Below are positions 1 through 13,205 of a stretch of 64,000 bases of DNA, one piece after another; the stretch's first letter is position 1; each line of letters begins with the position of its first letter. The notes beneath the pieces are model-generated. The model was given only the letters and a program-made list of their open reading frames with translations, was not told the origin of the DNA and searched no databases. The translations under genes and the position numbers were made by a program. Location of the stretch: contig NC_057751.1 of the NCBI RefSeq assembly GCF_004010195.1, positions 1,959,305-2,023,304 of the forward strand, written 5' to 3'. Origin of the DNA: Chiloscyllium plagiosum (Eukaryota).

Positions 1-911
1 GAAGAACCTTGAAATCAGGTGACTGGTAGGTGGAGAGTTTGGGGAACCTTGGCATGGAGAAGCATGATAGGGTTGCAGAATGGTGCTGGGGTTCTTGGCA
101 AGATGATAAGACTGACATTCCAGGAGAGTGAAGGTTAGTGACCAGACCACAGCCAGTGATAAAGGCATACATCTGTCTTGGACTGCGTTATTTAATACAA
201 GTGAAGACATAAAAAAACAGGTATTAGGATGTTTCTTAAAGTGTTCTTAAAGTGCTATATATTCTTTGGAGAAGGAAATGAATCTTTCTAATCCAGGAAG
301 TCCCTAATTTTTGATTTTCTTCAGACTTCTGGTCCAACTTAAACATGCGTCACACTGTGATAATTTTGAAAAGTTCATTGACGCACAGCAGAAAAGGATT
401 CCTACGGGGGAAGCTCTTCTTGAACTGAGGACCTGGCTAACTTTGGCTAGATATCCCTTGGATCTGTCCACATGTGAAAATCAAATCTGCAGGTCTCCCA
501 CTTATGTAATCAGGACAGACTGTTTAACTCTTGAGTGAAAGGGCAATGAGGGATGGACAACAAATGCTCAACTTGCCAGCACACACACACCCCATGAAAA
601 GATAATCAACCTTCACCTCTTCTCAAGACAATTTCCAAAGATCAGTTCGATTGTTTTGAGAGATTTGAAACAGTTTTGATCTCCAAATCAAATCTCATGA
701 AGGAGTAAAATATCAAGAAGTTAAAAAGGAAGAATGTTTCACAGAGATGTGCTATGCTATTTTTGCACGAACTAATCTGAGTTTGTATATTTCCCAGAGG
801 CTAAGGACATAGTTCAGACACACATAATGGAGAGTTCCATGAGACATTAATGCACTGACTGAAACATTTCACCATACGTTGAAATATTTACCAAAACAAT
901 ACAAGTTAAGA

Positions 912-1160
912 GTTTGTGCGAAGATTTGTAGCTTAGGTGCTCGTTGTTGTGGCAACATGGACAATCCAGAGCTGCTCTACATGTTAATCCAGAGCTGCTC
1001 GTTCGCCGAGCTGGAAGTTTTTGTTGCAAAAGTTTCGTCCCCTGGCTAGGCGACATCATCAGTGCTTCGCAGGAGGCTCCCAAGCTCTGATGATGTCGCC
1101 TAGCCAGGGGACGAAACGTTTGCAACAAAAACTTCCAGCTCGGCGAACAGAACCACAACG
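912..1160. mobile_element. Fold-back Penelope-like element tail (family B) with hammerhead motifs in both arms
   Basis: 11-bp TSD acaagttaaga at 901-911 and 1161-1171. Inverted arms about 1001-1067 and 1082-1148. Same tail sequence as the GIY-YIG-coding copy at 32541-33482. Confidence 0.85.
1084..1123 (+). ncRNA. Minimal type-I hammerhead ribozyme motif (PLE family B)
   Basis: gct CTGATGA t GTCGCC tagcca GGGGAC GAAA CGTT tgc: canonical CUGANGA-stemII-GAAA-NUH order with palindromic ACGU at helix III. The stem-I closing pair is mismatched in this copy. Confidence 0.7.
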
Positions 1161-1694
1161 ACAAGTTAAGAATTTTATTCCAGTAATGATGCTGCACTAT
1201 ATGATGGAAAATCATTGGGACCACTGTTAATCACACTCAGCCTGATAAATGAAAATCCATATCTTCACATTCCAGGATAAGATCATTTAAAATCATCAAC
1301 CAACATACATATGAACATTTTTGTTGATTTGTTCAGTTAACTGGAATGTTCTGTTCCCCAGGTAACACCTGGGTGAAGTCTTGAATTTTAATTTCTCATC
1401 TTAGTTATCAAATGCATCCAACTCTTTGCCTCTCCATAACTGCAATCTTCTTCTACAATTCCATGAGATATCTGTGACTTTCTCATTCTGGTCTGCCACT
1501 ACTGTTCATCTGAAACAATATCTTCTTAGATGGGTGGGTATCATATTTTGCTTTGAAATGCTCCTATTAAGTGCTTTAGAATTCTTTATCAAGTTAAAGA
1601 TATAATTTCAATCTAAATTGTTGTTGTCTTCATTAGGCACCCCATCGCCCTTCACCACCCTCCCAGCCGAAACCTCTCACACCAGCTTGATACA

Positions 1695-2494
1695 TGTTAC
1701 AAAATGGAGGTGAACCCCTCTGTTAATTAAACCAGACACCCAGAAAAGCTCACCTTGCTTTCATAATCTGTTAAAATATGACTGACAGAGAACTCCCAAA
1801 TTCCACTATTGAAAGAAAATAACAAGAATTAATTTCTTAACTCTAAAAGTGAACATTAAACAACTATTCACAACTCTAAGTCACCCTTTCTCTTAACTGC
1901 TTGTTATCTGCCTCCAACTCTATAACAATATGCTGTTCCAATAAGACATTTACTAAAATTACATCAACTTAATTTCAAAACTACACAGTTATTGTCTTCT
2001 TCTGTGTCTTCACTCATCTGGACGCAGATCTCCCTGGATAGTCTTCTTTCTTTTTATTGCGAGTGTGTTTCACATGAAAAGGTACCTTTGATAGAGAATG
2101 TTTTCTAATTTCTTTGAGAACAAGATGTTAACTGTCCATGAGTTTTTCACTCTATGGCAATTGCTCTTTGACCAATTTTCAAAAGGTCCACCTTCTTATA
2201 TCTCCCCAACAGCAGGTCGTCTCAATGTTTCAATGTTGCCAAAACAATAAATTCAAACTCGATTGGGTTTTACTATCCCTGGGGCATAATTTAAACTGAT
2301 TGGTTAAATTCAAATTTTGTCATAACAGCAGCCAAAACTCAGGTATCTATTTTACAGACAAATGTTACATATCTTCAATTTTCCAGTACACTCTGGGACT
2401 GCCATCTTATCATACACACATTTTGTAAACTGTCAGTTCAGAACAGCATTCTCTCTCTCTTAAAGGTACAGTATATTCCTTCAACTTCAGAACA
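1695..2494. mobile_element. Solo LTR, 800 bp
   Basis: Ends TGTTAC...GAACA with 4-bp TSD taca (1691-94 and 2495-98). A related end (cttaaaggtacagta...aaca) occurs at about 43990-44022. Confidence 0.75.
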
Positions 2495-2924
2495 TACAGT
2501 AGTTCATCAAAAGCTACACTGTTGGTACCACCACAAGAGGATCACAGCAAAGCACCTCAAACCAGCATCCCCATCGGGATTCTGACATGCTTAGATTAAT
2601 CTCCAGAACATGCTCTCATGAACACTAGAAATGAATCCAATCCAATCCAATGCAGTCAGACTTGCAACGCATAAAAGTACATTCAGATAACCAATAGTTT
2701 CCTTTCCTATAACGAATGAATGACTTATTAATTTACAAGAAACAATGGGCACTGCTGATAATGTTTCTGATTTTGTTAATTATATATTTGTTCTGCACTA
2801 GAGTATTTGTCTTAATGATTCAGATGAACAGAATGAAAGAAATTGCTTTGTCGTTCCTGTTACGTTCCATGATTACTCTCTTTCATTTGTCTTTTCATCC
2901 TTGTGAAACTGTGGATGATCATTG

Positions 2925-3232
2925 ATTCAAAGAATCTCTACAGTGCAGAAATAGGCCATTTGGCTCATGGAGTCCACACCGACCATCCAAAAAACATCAC
3001 ACCTGGACACACACCCTCACCCTATCCCAGTAACCTGACATTTCGCATGGTTAACCTACCTAACTTGTATATCTTTGGACTGGAGGAGGAAACTGGACCA
3101 CCCACACGAATCCCATACAGACATGGGAAGAATGTGCAAACTCCACACAGACAATCCTGCAAGGGTAGAATTGAAACTGGATCCCTGGCATTGTGAGGCA
3201 GCACTACTAAACACTGAGGCATTGTGTTAGCC
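2925..3232 (-). mobile_element. tRNA-derived V-SINE (HE1-like), decayed
   Basis: Reverse complement contains the V-domain core tgtgtggagtttgcacattcttccc and a tRNA-like head. Confidence 0.8.
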
Positions 3233-4059
3233 CATAATGATTGCTTTAAGAGTTCCTACTTGGGGTGAAAGAACTCCTGTGAAGTGCCACAGGGTGTTTT
3301 CCTGCACAGTATTAAAAGGTGTTAAATAAATGCAAGTTGCTGCTGTAGGACACTAATTGCAGATTTATAAATGATTTGAAATTGGGGAGGCTGCTGGGAA
3401 CACAGAAATTTTGATTTCAAGAACGATGAATAGTTTCAATATTCGAATTGCTGAATTATTTACATGCTATCCATAACGTGTTTGGTCATTTGCTAAGTAC
3501 ATAGCTTGTGGCTCGTCTTCAGTCAGGTGACTTGGGTTGCCATTTTGAATTGTGTCCTCATTATATTACCTGATATGTTATTCTGAAAGCCTGAAAAAAA
3601 TTAGAGAATTCTGAACATCAGTCATCTCTCATTGCGACATTCCAGTGCATCAATGTCTTACACCAAAGTGCAGACAGGTGACTGATATGATGTGGATGTA
3701 TTCCAGGAGGCATTCTTTCTTGGTTGTTCAACTGGCATAAACCCACCCCACTATTCCTGGCAATCCTGGCACATTTATCTTCATGATGCTTGTCCCACAC
3801 CAATTGGAAAACAAACAGATGGGTGGATCGTCTCCTGACACAAACTGGTGCACAGAGGCAAGATGTTTCAGATTGCAGCAAGTATAAGTGTAGCATGCAG
3901 AAGACAGGAATGCTATTTGTTCAACTTATTATCTTTTCAAATTGGCTGTTGGCACTTTATGAACTCACGACAATGAATCATGGCTATTTTAAGAAGACTT
4001 AACATGAAGGTTTATGGCCTTTTAGTCGAAAGATTTGAACTGATTGATCTTCCTCCAAA

Positions 4060-4645
4060 TTATGTTTTGCTCTCTTCTGAAGAGATTACTTACTTTTGAT
4101 GTCCTGGTCCTGAAAATGTGGTTTAGTTACACTGGAGTTAACGAAAAGTTACTTCTCCATCAGAACAAAATAAATGTGAAAGAAGATGGCATATACATCA
4201 ACAGTGGTAATACTAAAACGGAATGTGGTGGGGGGAATTGGGAGAGAGGGATACTAGTTTCGTGCCACAGAGTATTGCTGCTGAATCCCTTAGTCCTGAT
4301 GGTCTTTGAGTGTTTTAAATAGTGGCTGCAGATTAGTGGATGCATTGCTGTTAACTTCCAAAAGTCCCTCAAATTTGCAACAGTCTCAATGGATTGGAAA
4401 ACATCAAATGTCACAGGACTGTGAAAAAATGGAGGAAGACTGAAAGAAGGAAGCTTGAGACCAGTCAACTAAACCTGATATTGGCAAGATGCTGGAATCC
4501 ATTACTAAGCAGGTGGTAGCAGGACATTCAGACAATCACAATACAATCTGGTACAGTCAACATGCTTTTGGGAAGGGGAAATGATATTTGACCAAGTTAT
4601 CAGAGTTCTTTGAGGTTTTAACAAGCACTGTGGATATAGGGATAG
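4060..4645 (+). mobile_element. Old CR1-type LINE ORF2 fragment
   Basis: Decayed DWKTSNVT / RPVN / LTKLSEFFE-like RT-proximal motifs with frameshifts. Confidence 0.65.
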
Positions 4646-5630
4646 AGTCATACCATCATAGAAATGTACAGCACGGAAACAAACCTTTTAGACCAACTCA
4701 TCCATGTTGACCAGAGATCCTAAATTAACTTAGTTCCATTTGCCAGCATTTGGTCCACATCTCTCTTAACCCTTCCAATTCATATACCCATCCAGATGCC
4801 TTTTAAATGTTGCAATTGTACCAGACTCCACCACTTCCTCTGGCAGCTTATTCCATACACACACCACCATCTGGGTAAAATAGTTGTCCCTTAGGTCCCT
4901 GTTAAATCTTTTCCCTCTCACTTTAAATCTATGTCCTCTAGTTCTGGTCTCCCCCCACACTAGGGAAAACACCTTGTCTATTCACCATATCCATGCCCTT
5001 CATGATTTTATAAATCTCTATAAGGTCACCCCACAGCCTCCGATGCTCCTGGGAAAACAGTCCCAGCCTATTGAGCCTCTCCCTATAGCTCAAACCCTCT
5101 AACCCTTGCAACATCCTTGTAAATCTTTTCTGAAACTTTTCAAGTTTCACAACATCATTCCGAAAGGAGGGAGACCAGAATTGCACACACTGTTCCAAAA
5201 ATGGCCTAATGTCCAGCACAGGCGCAACATGACCTCCCAACTCCTATACTCAGTGCTCTGACCAATAAAGGAAAGCATACAAAATGCTTTCTTCATTATC
5301 CTATCTACCTGTGATTCCACTTTCAAAGAACTATGAATCTGCAATCCAAGGTCTCTTTGTTCAGCAACATTCCCCAGGACCTTTACCTTTACCATTACTT
5401 TTTCAAAATGCAGCATCTCACTTTTATCCAAATTAAACTCCACCAGTCCATTGACCCACCTGATCAAGACCCCTTTGTACTCTGAGGTAACTTTCTTTGA
5501 TATCCACTACACATTCAATCTTTGGGTCATCTGCAAACATACTAACTATACCTCCTATATTCACATCCAAATCATTGTAGAAATGACGAAAAGCAGTGGA
5601 CCCAGCACCAATCCTTGTGGCACACCACGA
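4646..5630 (-). mobile_element. CR1 (HER1-like) LINE 3' portion
   Basis: Minus-strand ORF fragments CVQFWSP, SYRERLNRLGLFS, TRGHRFKVRG, followed by the 3' UTR. Confidence 0.92.
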
Positions 5631-5649
5631 GGAAGTGAAATTAACTTTC

Positions 5650-5745
5650 ATCGATTTGGATGTGCCGGTGTTGGACTGGGGTAGGACAAAATTAAAAATC
5701 ACACAATACCAGGTTATAGTCCAACAGGTTTGTTTGGAAGCACCA
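5650..5745 (-). mobile_element. PLE tail fragment (family C)
   Basis: aaaaatcacacaataccaggttatagtccaacaggttt, shared with 45031-45197 and 57450-57570. Confidence 0.7.
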
Positions 5746-6480
5746 GTATAGTAAATTGGAGAGGCACTGCAACAAGTCCTTGTCAACATCGTGGTGCAAA
5801 GAAACCTCACAGGCATAGACGGTGAATAGCTGTGATAAATGAATGCTTTATCTGTCACATAACAGGGCACTTTCAGCAAGTAGGACATAGTTTCAGTTAA
5901 GCAAGAAATCAAATAACCAACTATGAAAAGATATTAGTGATGTAGGTTAATCTATCACAGAAGAAAAACACAAAATGTTCCAAGGGAAATAGGTGAACCA
6001 GACCTTCCATTCAGGGAAGCAAATATCTTTGCCAAAGGTCACCTCACGATTTTCAAGTTTAACAATGGAACAAATAAGATGATGATATCCAACAGTGAGC
6101 CATGTTTTAGAAAACACTGCCAATAGTTGGCAACAGTGCAAGTACAAAGACAAGAGGATGTTAAAGATATGCTACAAGCATATAGGGAACATTAAATAGT
6201 CAAAAGTGTTCACATATTTCACCATCAATAGTTCTCACTCTTGAAGAAGAAGGCATGTCTTATTCTCGATCTTATTCAAAAGCAGAAGCAGTCAAACAGA
6301 AACCAAGGAGATCCTTTGAATTGGAATATTCTAAATTATTTGAAGGGTTAGAGAGCTCAACACTGAATCGAGCATTACGCATTATGTCCCTGTCCAGCCA
6401 GAAGACTGAATATCCCTCATGAACTAAGTTTATTTGAACATAGGTTAACAAGAACAGAGGAAGTGGGTAGAATTTCTACA

Positions 6481-7470
6481 TTTGTAGGATAGTGAAGAAG
6501 GCGTTTGGTATGCTTTCCTTTATTGTTCAGAGTATTGAGTACAGGATTTGGGAAATCATGTTGCAGCTGTACAGGACATTGGTTCGGCCACTTTTGGAAT
6601 ATTGCATGCAATTCTGGTCTCCTTCCTATCAGAAGGATGTTGTGAAACTTGAAAGGGTTCAGAAAAGATCTTTTTTTAGATTAGGTTCCCTGCAGCGTAG
6701 AAACAAGCCCTTCGGCCCAACCAATCCACACCGACCCTCTGAAGAGTATCCCACACAGACCCATTGCCCTCTGACTAATGTACCTAACACTATGGGGCAA
6801 TTTAGCATGGCCAATTCACCTGACCTGCACATCTTTGGACTGTGGGAGGAAACCGGAGCACCCGGAAGATACCCACGCAGACACTGGGAGAATGTGCAAA
6901 CTCCACACAGACAGTCACCAGAGGGTGGAATCGAAGCTGGGACCCTGGTGCTGTGAGGCAGCAGTGCTAACCACTGAGCAACCGTGCCACCCTTCCTTTA
7001 CAAGGATGTTGCCAGGGTTGGAGGGTTTGAGCTACAGGGAGAGGCTGAACAGGCTGGGACTGTTTTCCCTGGATCGTCGGAGGCTGAGGGGTGACCTTAT
7101 AGAGATGTACAAAATCATGAGGGGCATGGATAGGATAAGGAGACAAAGTCTTTTCCCTGGGGTTGGGGAGTCCAGAACGAGAGGGCATAGGTTTAGGGTG
7201 AGAGGAGAAAGATATAAAAGAGACCTAAGGGTCAACCTTTTCACACAGAGGGTGGTACATGTATGGAATGAGCTGCCAGAGGAAGTGGTGGAGGCTGGTA
7301 CAATTGCAACATTTAAAAGGCATTTGGATGGGTATATGAATAGGAAGGGTTTGGAGGGATATGGGCCAGGTGCTGGCAGGTGGGACTAGATTGGGTTGGG
7401 ATATCAGATCGGCATGGACGGGTTGGACCGAAGGGTCTGTTTCCATGCTGTACATCTCTATGACTCTATG
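6481..7470 (+). mobile_element. CR1 LINE 3' portion nested in the Gypsy element, split by a V-SINE
   Basis: LVRPLLEYCMQFWSP...; SYRERLNRLGLFSL...GYGPGAGRWD*; tail ctctatgactctatga. A second short CR1 3' end follows at about 7475-7610. Confidence 0.93.
6669..6993 (-). mobile_element. V-SINE (HE1-like) inserted in CR1
   Basis: Reverse complement reads ggcacggttgctcagtggttagcactgctgcctcacagc...tgtgtggagtttgcacattctccc; it interrupts the CR1 frame at QKR|FTRM. Confidence 0.9.
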
Positions 7471-9312
7471 ACACTATTTAAAAGGCACCTGAATGGGGAT
7501 ATGTGTCCAATGCTGGCAAATGAGACTAGGTCAGATTGGGATGTCTGATTGGCACACATGAGTTGGACTGAGGATCTTTCTCTGTGCTGTTTGACTCCAC
7601 AACTCTAAGTTGAGAAGCAACTTACAGAAATGACAAGAATGGCTGTCATTTCCCTATTTAAGAAAAACAATCAAGTGATCTGTGGGCATGGTTCCAGCAC
7701 CCAGGTCTAAAGGTACGATTTAAATTTATGTTGACTTCACACAGCTCAACAAGGCAGGAGTGAGAGAAATCCACTTGATGGCTGTGGCTGATGAGAGTTG
7801 AGTTAAACTATTCAAAACTAAGGTTTTCACAAAACTGGATGCAAATAGTGGCTTCAGGCAGGTACCATAGGTCAAGCAAACAAGACTGTTTAGTACATCC
7901 ATAACTCTGTTTGGGAGATTGTGTTTCAACAGATTACCATTTAGTACTTCTTCACCTTCAGACATGTTTCAGCAGATTGTATCCAATATTTTACAAGGTC
8001 TTCACAAAATCATGTGCTTCACGGATGACATATTGATGCAGAGGAAATTAGTTGAAGAGCATGATCAAAGAATGCTTACACGCAGAAGTGTTCACCTCAT
8101 TGACAAGTGTGAATTCTGCAAGGCATCTTGTCAATCCTTGGGACACGTTGTCAGCAATGATGACTTAACAGATCCTGAGAAGACTAATGTCACTATGGAG
8201 TTCACAACTTTGCATTCAAGCCAGAATCTCTGACAAAGATTTTTAGGGAAGGCAAAATCTTTGCCTGAATTAGCAATGACTACAGAGGCCCTGAGATAAC
8301 ATCTTAAGAAAACACAAGGATGGTAACAGAAGCTGAATACATTTCAGAGGATCAAGGTTAATATTGATAGTCACAAGTGGCTCAGTGCAGTATTCTCTGC
8401 CCTTTCCAACAACTGGTGCTTTAGCTGTGGTCATTGTAGCAGGTGCTTTTTCATGAACAATCAAAAGAACATTGCAGTACAGTCTGTTACAAATCACAAG
8501 CATTATCAGACACAGAAACACGATATGCTGTGATTGAAAAGGCAGTTTTCTCAGTTATATGGGCTCAAGAGAGATTTTCAGACTACATCTTTGGTCTGAA
8601 AGTGATCACAGACACAGATTACAAATCTCTAGTCTATTGGATAAGAAAGAGCTGGCAAAGATGTCTTGGAGAACGCAAACATTTTGACTTTGTCTCATGA
8701 GTTTCACTGATGAAAGAGAATGTGAGCAAGAAAAACTGCAGATAACAGCATATACGTTTCTCAGAGCAATGGTCAACAACTCTTTTGAGCATAAAATTGA
8801 GGTTAGTTACAACATCAAGTCATATAGCCAGTCCATACACAGGCCACTGCACTACAACTAACTCAGCGAAATTCGACAGGAGCAGGTCCCAGACCAGAAT
8901 TACTCAAACTCTCGTGATTCTGTATTGAGGATTGCACAGATCAAAAGCACTGTAGTATGAGCACCAACAGCATTTACAAATGTCTACAACATCTGACCAA
9001 TAACCAGCTAATCCACTTCACTTGGAAAAGCTTCCTAAGGATGCTTGCTGACACCAGAGACACTTGAATCCACAGATGAATAGCCAAAGTTCCATCAGTG
9101 ATGTCTTGGTTTGGGATCTCCAAAAACACTGAAGATCTCATTCTGGATTGCAAGACCTGCGCCATCCACAGGCCACAGTAATGAGAACTGTTAATGCACA
9201 ACACATTCTCTCCAAACAGTAGCAATGTGAGGGCATAGATATATTTGTTTTTTCATGGAAGATCTTAACTCACTGTCATTCCTGATTTTTTCCACAGGAC
9301 AGAGGTTGAGAA

Positions 9313-9640
9313 CGGGTGGCATAGTGGCTCAATGATGAGCACTGCTGCCTCACAGCGTCAGGGACCTGGGTTCAATTCCAGCCTCGGGCAGACTATCTGT
9401 GTGGAGTTTGCATGTTCTCCCCGTGTCTGTGTGGGTTCCCTCCAGGTGCTCTGGTTTCCTCCCACGATCCAAAGATGTGCCGGTTGGGTGAATTGGTCGT
9501 GCTAAATTGCCCATTGTGTTCAGGGATGTGTAGGCTAGGTGCATTAGTGTGAAATAAATATAGGGTCTGGGTGGGTTACTCTTAGGAGGGTCGGTGTGGA
9601 CTTGTTGGCCTGTTTCCACATTAATAAGAATTCTAATTCT
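9313..9640 (+). mobile_element. V-SINE (HE1-like)
   Basis: A-box-like tggctcaatgatg, B-box ggttcaattcc, V-domain core tgtgtggagtttgcatgttctccccg. Confidence 0.9.
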
Positions 9641-9979
9641 TAAACAAAGAAGATGCACACCACAACTATTTATTTAATCACCTCATACGAGATATTTGCA
9701 ATACCTGATACCTTTGATATTGGTGTGGGATTTCAGACCATTCGCTAAGAGAGTGCTTCATGCAATTTGTGGTCAGTTCTGGATTTGAACATGTCACAAT
9801 TGAATGGAGAAGCTGAGCCTGGGTCAGGATAGTTATATTGCTCTTGAAGAAGGATACTTATTGATACTGTTAAATAAGAGACTCACTCCACTCCAATTAA
9901 AGTTGCTGATGGGCAACAAGCTGATAATTCAGCTCCCATCTTACTGACACGACAAAGAAGCTGACATTACATTTATGCC

Positions 9980-10478
9980 TAAAAATATGGCACTGGAAAG
10001 GCACAAAGCATCCAAGGAGCAGAAGAGTCGACGTTTTGGGCATAAGCCCTTCATCAGGAACATGGGGAGGGCCCAAGGGGGCTGAGAGATAAATGAGAGG
10101 GGGTAGGGTTGGGCGAAAGGTAGCTTGGAGGGGTGATGGTGATAGGTCGGAGCAGAGGGTGGAGCAGAGGGTGGAGCAGATAGGTGGGAAACAAGATGGA
10201 CAGGTGGGACAGTTCAAGAGAATGGTGCTGAGTTGGAGGGTTGGATCTGGGTTAAGGTGCGGGGAGGGGAGATGAGGAAACTTGTGAAATCAACATTGAT
10301 ACTTTTTAGTTGGAGGGTCGCAAGGCGGAAGGTGAGGTGCCTTCCTCTAGGCACAAGATGGTTTAGATTTAGCAGTGGAGGAGGCCCAGGATTTGGGTGT
10401 CTTTGGCGGAGTGGGAAGGGAGTTGAAATGGTTGGCCACTGGACAGTGGGATCATTGGGTGCATTTGTCCTGGAGATG
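9980..10478 (-). mobile_element. 5'-truncated Penelope-like element (family A): GIY-YIG C-terminus plus hammerhead tail
   Basis: 13-bp TSD ttacatttatgcc (9967-79 and 10479-91). Minus strand encodes PVANHFN, then after a frameshift PSHSAKDTQILGLLHC. Tail cctgatgaagggcttatgcccaaaacgtc. Confidence 0.85.
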
Positions 10479-10684
10479 TTACATTTATGCCGACAGGACT
10501 ACCAAGACTGACATAATAAAAAGTTGTCCTCTCGTGGGCAACAGGCTCCATGTGACAGTGGGTGATACTTTGAAAATCGATTGTCACATTTCTGGCAGGG
10601 GCAACAGATGTAGCTCAGGGATCTGAACAGAAAAGATACAGTCATCCAAGGAGCTGGAGCAACATTTCATGTCTGAAATGTTGC

Positions 10685-10790
10685 GAGTCTGAAGAAGTTC
10701 TCACTGGACTTGGAATGCTAACTCTGCTTTCTCACTTCAGATGCTGCCAGACCTGTTGAGTTTCTCGAGCAATTTCTGTTTTTATTAATC
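10685..10790 (+). mobile_element. Decayed PLE tail (family D)
   Basis: ctgaagaag...cactggact...aactctgctttctc...gatgctgccagacctg, similar to 56795-56968. Confidence 0.6.
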
Positions 10791-11029
10791 TCCACCCTTT
10801 TTTTTCCATTCTCCTGCTCTCCAATAAGTTGCTACTGTCCCTTTTATTCTATAAGCTGTAAACTTGCTTGTAACTCTGTTGTGCAGCTTTCCTCATAGCC
10901 TTCTAGGTCTTTCCTGAAATCAATGCTACCTGTTTAAAGATGTTTATGCCCTAGCTGGAGCACTGCATGCAGTTCTGGTCACCACATTATAGCAAGGGTT
11001 AGAGGGGATTACCTCTGTGAATGGAAAAA

Positions 11030-13205
11030 AGTGCCCTATCTTTGCCCCTGATAATCTCATATATCTCTACCAAGTTCCCTCTCAATCTTCACTGCTCCAA
11101 GGAAAACAACCTGAGCTGATCCAACCTTTCCTCATACCTCAGAACCTCCAGTCCAGGAAGCATCTGAGTAAATCCCCTCTCACTCTTCCTATAATTTGGT
11201 GACCAGAACTTCATGCAGTGCTCCAGTTATGGCATAACTGGCTTTAACCAGTATAACTGTTATTACACAGTCCAGCATAACCTCCTCGTTCTTGTATTCT
11301 CTGCCAGAGCTAATAAAGGCATGCATCCCATATGCCTCCTTAATCACCTCATCTGCCTACCCTGCTCCCTTCAGGATCGATGAATCAGGATCCCCGTGAC
11401 CTTCAGTACTTTCCAGAGGCAACCATTCATTTTGTAATCCCTTTCCACGTTAACTTTCCCCAAGTGCATGACCTCACACTTTTCTGGCTTGAATTCCATT
11501 TCCCATTGTTGTACACGGCTGACCAGTTCTTTGATCTCCTCCTGCATTTTTCAGCAATCCTCACTATTTACAACCCTGACAGTTTTCCTGTTGCCTTCTT
11601 GATTACACCTGTATGGGATACAGGGAGATTTGGCTGTCTGAATTCAGAATTGGTTGACTGACAGAAGGCGGAGAGTGGTTGTAGGTGGGAAGTATTCTGC
11701 CTGGAGGTCAGTGGTGAGTGACGTCCCACAGGGCTCTGTTCTTGGGCCTCTGCTGTTTGTAGTTTTTATAATTTACTCGGATGAGGTTGAGGGTTTGGTT
11801 AGTAAGTTTGCCAATGACACAAAGATTGGAGGTCCCATTGATAGTATTGAGGGGTATTGCAGGCTGCAGCATGACATCAACAGTATGTAGAGCTGGGCTG
11901 AGAAATGGCAGATGGAGGTCAACCTCGATAAATGCGAAGTGATGCATTTTGGAAGGCCAAACTTGAATGCTGAATATAGTATTAAAGACAGGATTCTTGG
12001 CGGTGTGGAGGAACAGCAGAATCTTGGTGTTCAAGTGTATACATCCCTCAAAATTGCCACCCAAGTGAATAGGGTTGTTAAGAAAGCATATGGTGCTTTG
12101 GCTTTCATTAACAGGGGGGTTGAGTTTAAGAGCCATGAGTTTTGCTGCAGCTTTGCAAAGTCCTGGTGAGACAACACTTGGAATATTGTGTCCAGTTCGG
12201 GTTGCCCTACTATAGGACAGATACAGAGGCTTTGCAGAGGGTGCAAAGGAGGTTTACCAGATACTGCCTGGACTGGAGGGCTTGTCTTACAAGGAGAGGT
12301 TGACTGAATTCAGACTTTTCTCTCTGGAGAGAAGGAGGAAGAGAGGTAACCTGATTGAGGTATACAAGGCAATGAGAAGCATGGATAGAGTCGATAGCCA
12401 GAGACTTTTCCCCAGGTCAGGAGTGGCTGATATGAGGGGTCATAGTTTTCATGTATTAGGAGGAAGGTATAGAGGTGACATTAGAGGTAGGTTCTTTACA
12501 CAGAGAGTTGTGAGCACATGGAATGTGTTGCCAGCTGTGGTGGTGGAAGCAGAGTCCTTAGGGACATTTAAGCAACTGCTGGACATGCACATGGATAGCA
12601 GTGAATTGAGGTGAGCGTAGGTTAGGTTATTTTATTTTAGATTAGGATTAATCCTTGGTGCAACATCGTGGGCTGAAGGGCCTGAACTGTGCTGTACTTT
12701 TCCATGTTCTATGTTCTATACCTCTTACTGTTTCAGTCCAAGTCAGTAATGTACACCACAAACAGCAAGGGCCCCAGCACTGAGGCTGGCAGAACCCCAC
12801 TGGAAATGGACTTCCAGTCACAGAAACATCCCTTCACCATTAACCTCTGCTTCCTGCTGCTCAGCCAATCTTGGATCTATTTTGTGTTACTTTGCCTTGG
12901 ATCTCATTGACTTTTACTTTCTTGACCAACCTGCCATATGGGATCAAAACTCTTGCTAAAGTCCATGTAGACTGCCTCAAATTAATGACCTTCATGAATG
13001 CTTCTGGCTACTTCTCAAAATATTTGATCAATTTGGAAAACACAATGTTCCTTTAACAAATTAATTTTGACTATCTTTGATTAATCTCCGTTTCTCCAAG
13101 CATAGATATATTCTGTCCCTCAAAATTCTTTCTTATAATTTCCCCACTCTGAGGTTAGACTGATTGGTCCAGAATTTCCTGGTGTATTCCTTCCTCCCTT
13201 TTTTA
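11030..13205 (-). mobile_element. Older CR1 LINE (minus strand) split by a younger CR1
   Basis: Minus-strand CR1 RT sequence at about 11030-11605 continues at about 12720-13205 (VLGPLLFV equivalent, cagcaagggccccagcac on +). Confidence 0.8.
11610..12720 (+). mobile_element. CR1 LINE RT C-terminus and 3' UTR
   Basis: VPQGSVLGPLLFVVFI, SKFANDTKIGG, DKCEVMHFGR; tail ttctatgttctat. Confidence 0.93.

Larger units (their letters stand above)
5746..10680 (+). mobile_element. Decayed Ty3/Gypsy gag-pol, interrupted by CR1, V-SINE and PLE insertions
   Basis: Zinc-knuckle remnant ECFICHITGHF (about 5840-5875). RT: FTKLDANSGFRQ, GRLCFNRLPF, CFTDDILM, DKCEF (about 7820-8120). RNase H: LSDTETRYAVIEKAVFSVIWAQERFSDYIFG (about 8500-8600). 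Integrase remnant CKTC near 9150. Many stops; ends uncertain. Confidence 0.85.

Noticed and set aside
847..1230. Overlapping antisense ORFs sharing the same peptides
   Set aside because: A consequence of the DNA inverted repeat of the fold-back PLE tail.
7919..8700. Domesticated Gypsy-derived gene
   Set aside because: Multiple stops and frameshifts, degenerate catalytic motifs and nested insertions.
9313..9390. tRNA gene (also 16205-16280)
   Set aside because: A and B boxes are present, but they run into SINE bodies and no cloverleaf forms.
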